Assembly: GCA_043782485.1 (NCBI GenBank)
Contig: JAYWAL010000023.1
Location: 38,336-102,335 of the forward strand
Length of the DNA: 64,000 bases
Direction of reading: 5' to 3'
DNA from: Acidobacteriaceae bacterium
GTDB taxonomy: Bacteria; Acidobacteriota; Terriglobia; Terriglobales; Acidobacteriaceae
Positions 57,178 through 64,000 of the stretch are shown here, piece by piece. A model generated the notes under the pieces. The model saw nothing but the letters and a program-made list of their open reading frames with translations. It had not been told where the DNA came from and ran no database searches. The translations under genes and the position numbers were made by a program. The stretch's first letter is position 1. Every line of letters starts with the position of its first letter.

Positions 57178-58062
57178 TTACGCCACGACCGGAACCATAC
57201 GCAGGCTCAAGTCAACCGCCGGAGCGGAATGCGTCAGCACCCCAACGGAAATGAAGTCCACTCCCGTCTCCGCATAAGCGCGCACGTTTTCCAGTTTGAT
57301 TCCGCCCGCGCATTCCAGCGGCAACGGGCGCTCCAGTTTGTGAACACGCTCGACCGCGGCCCGCACGGCATCGACGGCCATGTTGTCGAGCAAAATCGCC
57401 TCCGCGCCATGCTGCAACGCCAACTCAAGGTCTTCCAGGCTGCGAACTTCCACCTCAATCGGCTGCGTGCCCCGTCGATTGCGGTGTGTGCGCTCCAGCG
57501 CCTCGACCACCCCTCCGGCCAGCGCGATGTGGTTGTTCTTAATCATCACGCCATCGGACAGATCCAGGCGATGATTAGTTCCGCCCCCGCAACGAACAGC
57601 GTATTTATCCAGCGTCCGCCAGCCGGGTGCGGTTTTGCGCGTATCCAGAATCTTCGTGTGAGTGCCAGCGACGGCATCCACAAACTTGCGCGTCAAAGTA
57701 GCAATGCCGCTCATGCGCTGCAAAAAATTCAAAATCACGCGCTCGCAGGAAAGTAAGATGCGCGCATTGTGCTGGATCACCGCCACGGTCTCGCCCTTAT
57801 GCAGGCGCACGCCATCAAAAATCGAAGGGTGGCTGGAGATTCCATAATGTGAAACCACCGCCCCATCCAGCGCCGCATACACATCCAGAATGCGTGCGAT
57901 ACAACCCACGCCCGCCAGCACACAGTCTTGCTTTGCCAGCACCGTGCCCGTGGCTCGCTGCTGCGGATCAATGCACGAATAGCTGGTGGCGTCGCGTGTG
58001 GCGCGGTCCTCCAGCAATGCGTTCTCGATAATGGCGGTAAGTCGGCGGCTATTCCAGTCCAT
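57178..58062 (-). CDS. nadC: nicotinate-nucleotide diphosphorylase (carboxylating)
   Basis: 294 aa. ...ILDTRKTAPGWRTLDKYAVRCGGGTNHRLDLSDGVMIKNNHI...IEVEV...LLDNM...ECAGGI. Confidence 0.95.
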   Translation of the reverse strand: MDWNSRRLTAIIENALLEDRATRDATSYSCIDPQQRATGTVLAKQDCVLAGVGCIARILDVYAALDGAVVSHYGISSHPSIFDGVRLHKGETVAVIQHNARILLSCERVILNFLQRMSGIATLTRKFVDAVAGTHTKILDTRKTAPGWRTLDKYAVRCGGGTNHRLDLSDGVMIKNNHIALAGGVVEALERTHRNRRGTQPIEVEVRSLEDLELALQHGAEAILLDNMAVDAVRAAVERVHKLERPLPLECAGGIKLENVRAYAETGVDFISVGVLTHSAPAVDLSLRMVPVVA

Positions 58063-58082
58063 GACTAATTCTAAGACGAATT

Positions 58083-60821
58083 CTAATTCGCGCTATCCAG
58101 CCCACTGAGGGCGCTACGCAGCTTTTCGTTCAGCACAATCAGCTCTTGCGCGCGCTTGCGCATCTTCTCCACAATATGAGCGGGGGCCTTGGATAAAAAC
58201 TCTACATTCCCTAACTGATTGTCGAGGTTGGTCTTCTCTTTTTCGGCACCAGCCAACTCCTTGACCAGCCGCTTGCGTTCCGCCTCCACATCAATCTTTT
58301 TCTCATACACCACGCGAACTTCGAAGCGGGCCGTGCTCCGCGCCCCAGGCAACTTGGCCAGCGAAGCTTCCACAAAAGTGACCTTCTCCACGCCCGCCAT
58401 GCGCTCCACGGCGCTCCGGTTCTGCTCCACCAGCGCGCGAATCTCGGCGTTGGCATAAATTTGCACGGGAACTTTTTCCTTGGGCTCCACCTTCAAATCC
58501 GCGCGCAGGGTGCGAATGCTCACAATCAAATCCTGCAAAATGGCCATGCTGGTTTCCGCCGCGACATCCATTTGCGCCGGGTCCGCCTGTGGAAATGCCG
58601 CCAACGCAACCGACTTCAACGCTGGCTTTCCTTCATAAATCGCATGCCAAATTTCTTCCGTAATGAACGGCATGAACGGATGCAGTAGCCGCAGGGAAGC
58701 CTCAAACAGCGCCACCGCGTTTTGCGAAGCCGTGCGCACCGTGCCCGCGCTGGTATCGCCAAGGGCCACGCGCGGCTTCACCAACTCAATGTACCAATCG
58801 CAGAACTCGCCCCAGAAAAAGTCGTAGATGCAATTCGCGGCCTCATGGAAGCGGAATCCCTCTAACGCCTGATGCACTTGCGCGGCCACGGCGTTAAAAC
58901 GCGAAAAAATCCAGCGGTCTTCGAGGGTTAGGACCTGGCACCCGCTCAGCGTGGCACCAGGCTTCCCGTCCTTCAGAGTCTTCCGGAAATCATCCAGCGA
59001 CCAGATTCCAGCCTGCTGCGCCTTGTCCACATTCATGAACAAAAATCGCGCTGCGTTCCAAATCTTATTCGCAAAGGCCCGGTATCCCTGCGTGCGATCC
59101 GAATTGAAGGCAATATCCGTCCCTGGAGCAGCCATGGCGGCCAGCGTAAACCGCGTGGCATCCGTACCATACTCCGCAATCACCTCAATCGGGTCAAGGA
59201 CGTTGCCCTTGGTTTTCGACATCTTCTTGCGCTCGGCGTCGCGCACCAGCGCGTGGATATAAACCTGCCGAAACGGAACGCTGCCTTGCGGGTGGTCCGC
59301 CATGAAGTGGCAGCCCAGCATAATCATCCGCGCCACCCAGAAAAACAGAATGTCCGATCCCGTAATCAGCAACGATGCCGGATAAAACACTTCCTGGTCG
59401 CGTGATTTCTCCGGCCACCCAAACACGCTAAACGGCAGCAGTCCTGACGAAAACCACGTATCCAGCACATCCGGATCCTGTTGCAGGCTCGTGCTTTTGC
59501 AGTGCGAACACTGCTCCGGCACCTCGCGCACTACAAGAATGGTCTTGCAATCCGAGCAAGTCCACGCCGGAATCCGATGCCCCCACCACAATTGCCGCGA
59601 GATGCACCAGTCGTGGATATTCCGCATCCACTCGAAGTATGTTTTGGCGTAATTCTCCGGCGTAAACCGGATCTCGCCTTTCTCCACCGCTTCAATCGCC
59701 CGTTCCGCCAGTGGAGCAATCTTGATGAACCACTGCGTCGAAAGCCGCGGCTCCACCACCGTCTTGCAGCGGTCGCACTTACCCAGCGCAATCACGTGGT
59801 CTTTCTCGCTATCCAGCAGCCCTCGTTCCCGCAAGCCCTGCAACACCCTTTCCCGCGCCACGAAGCGGTCCAGCCCCGCATAGGGTCCGGCATTCTCATT
59901 CAGATGCGCCGTATCGTCCATGATGTCGATCTGCGGCAGCAGATGCCGCAGTCCCACCTGGTAGTCGTTGGCATCATGCGCCGGAGTAATCTTCACCGCG
60001 CCAGTTCCAAATTCTGGATTCGCAATATCATCCAGAATCAGCGGAATCTGCCGGTCCGTGAGCGGCAGTTGCAGCATCTTTTTATGCAGATGGGTATACC
60101 GCTCATCCTTGGCGTTCACCGCCACGGCCGTATCCCCCAGCATCGTCTCCGGCCGAGTCGTCGCCACCACCAAATATTCCTCTGAGCCCACTACCGGATA
60201 CCGAATGTGATAAAGCTTCCCCGGCGTATCCTCATGCACGACTTCCAAATCAGATATCGCCGTCATGCACCGCGGACACCAATTCACAATGTACTTGCCG
60301 CGGTAAATCAGCCCCTCTTCATAGAGTCGTACAAACGCCTCGCGCACCGCGCGAGAAAGGTTGTCGTCCATGGTGAAGTATTCGCGGCCCCAGTCCACCG
60401 ACGCGCCCAGCCGCTTCATCTGGTCCTGAATCGCGCCGCCGTACAGCTTCTTCCACTCCCACACGCGATGGATGAACGCCTCACGGCCAAGCTGCAATCG
60501 CGACTGACCTTCCGTCGTCAACTGCCGCTCCACCATCATCTGCGTCGCAATGCCCGCGTGGTCCGTGCCCGGCTGCCATAGCGCTAGAAAGCCCCGCATG
60601 CGATGCCAGCGCGTGATGATATCCATCTCCGTCTGGTTCAGCATGTGGCCCATGTGCAGGCGCCCCGTCACATTCGGAGGCGGCAACAACATGCTGAATA
60701 CCGGACGCGCATCGCCCTCCGCCGGAGTCGGCGTGGCAAACAGCTTTTCCTGCACCCAGTATTCCGCCCAGCGCGCTTCAATCGCGCCCGGCTCATACGC
60801 TTTGGAGAGTTCGTCAGCCAT
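58083..60821 (-). CDS. valS: valine--tRNA ligase
   Basis: 912 aa. HIGH-type PPPNVTGRLHMGHML, KMSKS (KMSKTKGN), and a C-terminal coiled coil. Confidence 0.97.
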   Translation of the reverse strand: MADELSKAYEPGAIEARWAEYWVQEKLFATPTPAEGDARPVFSMLLPPPNVTGRLHMGHMLNQTEMDIITRWHRMRGFLALWQPGTDHAGIATQMMVERQLTTEGQSRLQLGREAFIHRVWEWKKLYGGAIQDQMKRLGASVDWGREYFTMDDNLSRAVREAFVRLYEEGLIYRGKYIVNWCPRCMTAISDLEVVHEDTPGKLYHIRYPVVGSEEYLVVATTRPETMLGDTAVAVNAKDERYTHLHKKMLQLPLTDRQIPLILDDIANPEFGTGAVKITPAHDANDYQVGLRHLLPQIDIMDDTAHLNENAGPYAGLDRFVARERVLQGLRERGLLDSEKDHVIALGKCDRCKTVVEPRLSTQWFIKIAPLAERAIEAVEKGEIRFTPENYAKTYFEWMRNIHDWCISRQLWWGHRIPAWTCSDCKTILVVREVPEQCSHCKSTSLQQDPDVLDTWFSSGLLPFSVFGWPEKSRDQEVFYPASLLITGSDILFFWVARMIMLGCHFMADHPQGSVPFRQVYIHALVRDAERKKMSKTKGNVLDPIEVIAEYGTDATRFTLAAMAAPGTDIAFNSDRTQGYRAFANKIWNAARFLFMNVDKAQQAGIWSLDDFRKTLKDGKPGATLSGCQVLTLEDRWIFSRFNAVAAQVHQALEGFRFHEAANCIYDFFWGEFCDWYIELVKPRVALGDTSAGTVRTASQNAVALFEASLRLLHPFMPFITEEIWHAIYEGKPALKSVALAAFPQADPAQMDVAAETSMAILQDLIVSIRTLRADLKVEPKEKVPVQIYANAEIRALVEQNRSAVERMAGVEKVTFVEASLAKLPGARSTARFEVRVVYEKKIDVEAERKRLVKELAGAEKEKTNLDNQLGNVEFLSKAPAHIVEKMRKRAQELIVLNEKLRSALSGLDSAN

Positions 60822-60943
60822 GATTGCTCTAGTGACAGTAACGCTCGGGTGGACTTGCCGCCCACTCGAGACAGACGATTATTTGTGCGATTGGGTAACT
60901 TTTGATCTTACAGGCGCGAGGAAAACTCGGTCAAACGCTAGTC

Positions 60944-60990
60944 GGGATAGGAGGTAGAGCGATTTGAAACTGCCCTCGTTACCGAGTGGT
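60944..60990 (+). repeat. left terminal inverted repeat
   Basis: gggataggaggtagagcgatttgaaactgccctcgttaccgagtggt. Confidence 0.9.
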
Positions 60991-61107
60991 AAACAGTTGG
61001 GCAGGGCGTTCGCGAGATAGCGGGGTGGGGCCGGAGAGGCCGTCTTCTAAAATTGGCGGTGCTCCCAAGCAATCGCAGATTCGGTTTTGCGCTTAGTTGC
61101 TTCGTCC

Positions 61108-61602
61108 TCAGCGAACTGGATGCAGTTCTCCCTTCAGGGCCATCTGATAGAGCTGGTCGGCGGTTTTGTAGTTGCGATCACTCAGCACCTTCATGAGATT
61201 CACGAAAGCGATGCCTTGGTATTCAGGATGTTTTGTGTAGAACTCCGTGATCACATCTGTGTATGCGGTTACGTCGAGACCTGAAGCCTCGGTGTACTTG
61301 GCCTTCGAATATTCCTCCATGCGAGCAAGACAGCGGGCCGAGGGCATTTCGCTGGGATGGTGCTCATCACCAAGACGATACCCTTTACCGGGTTTGCCAA
61401 AGAGCTCTTGCGCTACTTCGCATGCACTGTGGGTTCCTTGTCGATACCCCGCTACGAAACCATTCACGAACGTAGCGCGTTCTCCCGGATTCCAAGACAG
61501 CCATTCTCCGCCTCTGTCAATCTGTCCTGGTTGTGGGTGAGCTGTCGCGAAGATGGCGAGAACAACAAGTGCCCCGGCTGCTGCTAAGTATTTTGCTAAC
61601 AC
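61108..61602 (-). CDS. hypothetical exported protein, immunity-like by position
   Basis: GTG 61602 with AAGGAG 9 nt upstream. It starts 33 nt after the toxin-tip stop. N-terminal hydrophobic segment MLAKYLAAAGALVVLAIFATA. No family recognised. Confidence 0.4.
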   Translation of the reverse strand: MLAKYLAAAGALVVLAIFATAHPQPGQIDRGGEWLSWNPGERATFVNGFVAGYRQGTHSACEVAQELFGKPGKGYRLGDEHHPSEMPSARCLARMEEYSKAKYTEASGLDVTAYTDVITEFYTKHPEYQGIAFVNLMKVLSDRNYKTADQLYQMALKGELHPVR

Positions 61603-61635
61603 GTGAGCTGCTCCTTCTGCTTCTCGAAACTGTAG

Positions 61636-62479
61636 CTAAGGAACCGCAGAGTACACGGGTCGTGCCCCCATCTGCTTGATCACCACGTGGACCTCCCAGG
61701 TTTTGATCAGAGTTCCCTTGTTATTTCCTACTATCAGTTGCACTCGCTTACCATCGACAAGCCAGTGCTGGTTGAAGTTCTTTGCCTCGGGTGAGATCTG
61801 TTCGTGGATCACTCCCGTACCTGGCTCCCCGGTTGGCCTAAAGGGGCCACCATTAACCGACTCAACGAGGGCAATGTTCTGCTTCACGTTGGCGGACGAC
61901 TGCGAGCATATACTTCCGGCACAGGTCCCAGCGTACCAGTCCATTGTCCAGGAAGCGAACAGCTCTCGGCCGGGCCTTGGGGTGAATTCTCGACCGTAGA
62001 GCACGACGTCGGTGCGAGAGTTAGCCGGGGCGGGGATCAGAGCTGGGTCGGTGCGGACTCCGGCGGGGTCGGGTGTCGCTGGCTGAGGCGGTGCAGTAGG
62101 GTCCTGCTGCTGTTGCGGCGAAGTCGGTGCGGGCGTTGACTTATCGCTCGCATTCGCGCTAGGCGTCGGCTTGGTTTCTGCGGAGGCAACGGGGGCATGA
62201 ACTCCAGGAAGGCCAAGCTGCTCCCGTAATCGGCCCCCACCTCTGCCGCCGATCCGTCCATCAAGCCATTTCCGCCCGCGCACCCCTTCTCAGTCGGACA
62301 GGAAAATCCGTGCCCATCCGGGTCCGTCCCGGTGATGGGGTTGTTCTCCACGTAAGCATACAAGTTGAGGGTCTGCGGATTGCCCATTACTGCTTAGGGA
62401 ATGGCCACGGGCGTGGCGCTCCAGTCCGGTGTCAGGAAGCGTCTAAACGTCGACGAGTAGTACCGCGCTCCGAAGTACC
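61636..62479 (-). pseudogene. orphan Rhs/YD-repeat core tail plus variable C-terminal (toxin-like) domain, disrupted
   Basis: The translation is WYFGARYYSSTFRRFLTPDWSATPVAIP-TAA-AVMGNPQTLNLYAYVENNPITGTDPDGH. This is the Rhs core end motif, with the TAA (62394-62396) at the usual VPYA Tyr position. A frame change is then needed inside 62037-62283, plausibly at the G5 run 62191-62195. That joins it to ...DVVLYGREFTPRPGRELFASWTMDWYAGTCAG...VIKQMGARPVYSAVP. Confidence 0.6.
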
Positions 62480-62523
62480 ACTCGGTAACGAGGGCAGTTT
62501 CAAAGTGCTCTACCTCCTATCCC
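62477..62523 (-). repeat. right terminal inverted repeat
   Basis: The plus strand reads accactcggtaacgagggcagtttcaaagtgctctacctcctatccc. This is the reverse complement of 60944-60990 apart from 2 adjacent mismatches. Confidence 0.9.
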
Positions 62524-62531
62524 GTCAAACG

Positions 62532-64000
62532 CTAGTCCTTCTTCGCCGCCAGCTTGCGCGCAATCTCTTCCACCAGCTTCGGACGCATCTCCGCCAACAC
62601 GCTATCCACAATGCTGGCAATCGATGCCGCATCATGCCCGCCGTCAAGACTCGCAGGCTGATGCGTCAACTCTTCCGTTGCCACCGTCGCCGCAACTTCC
62701 GCCAACTGCTCAGTCAAATTCGGCGTTACCAGAGTATTGCGAATTTCCCGCCAGTTGGTCCAAGCCGCATTCATCTGCGACTTGGTCCGCGAATCAATCT
62801 CATCGTCAGGAGCCGACGTATCCCGCGAAGGCGCTCCCGAACTGCCATTTGAAACATCCGGCGCGACACCCACTCCCGCGGCCGATGCCACGGGCCGCAA
62901 ATCCTGGAAGCCCGCCGACCCAAATCCTAGGCTTTCGCCTGATGCGCTTGCCGCCAACGCCGCGGGCGCTTCCGCTACCGCATGTGTCGTCGCCTGCTCC
63001 ATTGCAATCGCTTCAGCAGCCGCCACTTCGGAAACAATCGGCTCGTCATCCACCGGTTCCGGCGCGGCGCTGTCGACAAAATTCGCCAGACTATAGGTAT
63101 TAAACGTCTCTGCCGGGGCCCCCGTTCCCAGAGCCTCCTGCATTTCTCGCTCCAGGCTAGCCGACGCCTCGGACTGCGTCAGCTCCGCCCCCTCCGCTAC
63201 CCAGTGCGTAGCCGCCGCGACGGGCACAGCCTGCGGCACTACTTCTGGAACACTTGCAACCAGCTGCGGTTCCGAAATACGCTCAGCCACGCTCTCTTCC
63301 GGCGCTTCTTCCGGCGGAGCTTCTTCCGGCGACGTTTCTTCCGGTTCTGGAGCCAGTTGCCGCGGCAGCCCATCCGCCGCCACGTGCAGCATGGGCGCGC
63401 GATCTCCTTCGCCGCTCAGCACTTCCACCGCCGCCTTGATCGCGGCAATCTCTTCCGGAGAAATGTCCAAAGCCGCTTCCGCTGGAGATACCACTGCCGT
63501 TTCCGGAGCCTGAGCTGGCATCGCGTCGGCCGTAAAGGCACTCTCCCGCCGCAAGGTCGCTTCGTCCATCGCAGGCTCGGTCAGGTCGCGAAACCCGGTG
63601 CCTGTGCGGGCAGCAACGTCGTTCCCCGCCAGATTCTGCCCACCGGGATCAGCGTCCGCAGGCTCCGCCGAAGCCTTCTTCTTCCCCGGCATGCCCAAGC
63701 GGTTCTTCCAACCTTTTTCTTCAATGCCCGCTTCTTGCGCCTCTGGCGCATCCGCCGTCGAACCCGCAAACGCACGGTTCGGCGCGCTCGCTTTCGGTGC
63801 TTTGGCTGGCTTTTTTTCCGCCTTTGTATTCGCATCTTCAATCTTGCGAATGACCGCCAGCAGCTCCGTGGCCTCAAAGGGCTTCACAATGAACGCGTTC
63901 GCCCGCGCCTTCAGAGCCTCTTCAGACTTGAACGGCTCCAGCTTTCCCACCGTCAACAGAACGGGAAGATCGGCTGTCTCGCTGTTCTCTTTCAGGATCT
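62532..64000 (-). CDS. response-regulator receiver-domain protein with a long Ala/Pro/Glu-rich C-terminal extension; the N-terminus is outside the window
   Basis: The frame stays open to the window end: ...ILKENSETADLPVLLTVGKLEPFKSEEALKARANAFIVKPFEATELLAVIRKIED, the C-terminal half of a CheY-like receiver. About 400 low-complexity residues follow. The stop CTA at 62532-62534 lies inside the right 14-bp duplication. Confidence 0.75.
   Translation of the reverse strand, partial: ILKENSETADLPVLLTVGKLEPFKSEEALKARANAFIVKPFEATELLAVIRKIEDANTKAEKKPAKAPKASAPNRAFAGSTADAPEAQEAGIEEKGWKNRLGMPGKKKASAEPADADPGGQNLAGNDVAARTGTGFRDLTEPAMDEATLRRESAFTADAMPAQAPETAVVSPAEAALDISPEEIAAIKAAVEVLSGEGDRAPMLHVAADGLPRQLAPEPEETSPEEAPPEEAPEESVAERISEPQLVASVPEVVPQAVPVAAATHWVAEGAELTQSEASASLEREMQEALGTGAPAETFNTYSLANFVDSAAPEPVDDEPIVSEVAAAEAIAMEQATTHAVAEAPAALAASASGESLGFGSAGFQDLRPVASAAGVGVAPDVSNGSSGAPSRDTSAPDDEIDSRTKSQMNAAWTNWREIRNTLVTPNLTEQLAEVAATVATEELTHQPASLDGGHDAASIASIVDSVLAEMRPKLVEEIARKLAAKKD

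Larger units (their letters stand above)
60930..62537. mobile_element. 1.58-kb transposase-less insertion bounded by 47-bp terminal inverted repeats and a 14-bp direct duplication; carries an Rhs-tip/immunity-like cassette
   Basis: The direct repeat gtcaaacgctagtc occurs at 60930-60943 and 62524-62537 (14/14 identical). The inverted repeats are 60944-60990 and 62477-62523 (45/47). The interior is visibly more AT-rich than the flanks. Confidence 0.55.

Overview
This is a 64-kb chromosomal segment from a GC-rich (roughly 58-60%) Gram-negative bacterium. The gene content fits Acidobacteriota (Terriglobia-like): CarboxypepD_reg-like secreted proteins, an S53 sedolisin with Ig-like arrays, several TonB_C proteins, and distinctive intergenic repeat families. 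That taxonomic call is inference only. About 80% of genes are on the minus strand, and most are housekeeping. They cover envelope biogenesis (bamA-skp, mltG, lpxI, fabZ-lpxA), translation (frr-pyrH-tsf-rpsB, rpsI-rplM, valS, miaA, an RlmD-like methyltransferase), cofactor genes (nadC-birA-coaX), and carD, greA, ruvX, comEC and msrA. I saw no rRNA, tRNA or CRISPR array. All product calls rest on motif recognition in the translations; no searches were run. Many track ORFs are over-extended at the 5' end, so I re-set starts where a signal peptide, family N-terminus or RBS supported it. Main points for a second look: (1) Two genes are split in the ORF track by in-frame TGA codons that sit exactly on redox or metal-ligand Cys positions. 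One is a secreted heavy-metal-associated (HMA) domain protein reading GMT-TGA-NF-TGA (a candidate UxxU), inside a four-gene envelope metal/redox operon. The other is a Prx-like protein reading RHYG-TGA-VFC (UxxC). Both have a stem-loop just downstream, so both are selenoprotein candidates. (2) A 1.58-kb AT-richer insertion sits between valS and a response-regulator gene. It is bounded by 47-bp inverted repeats (45/47 identical) and a perfect 14-bp direct duplication. It has no transposase and carries a degenerate Rhs/YD C-terminal toxin tip plus an immunity-like gene. (3) Several families of short intergenic repeats are present, including heptanucleotide-periodic GTCAGCY arrays between co-directional genes and a tetraloop hairpin with compensatory stem changes. 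(4) There is a decayed ParD/ParE-like toxin-antitoxin remnant. (5) An orphan intrinsic terminator has no ORF upstream of it.
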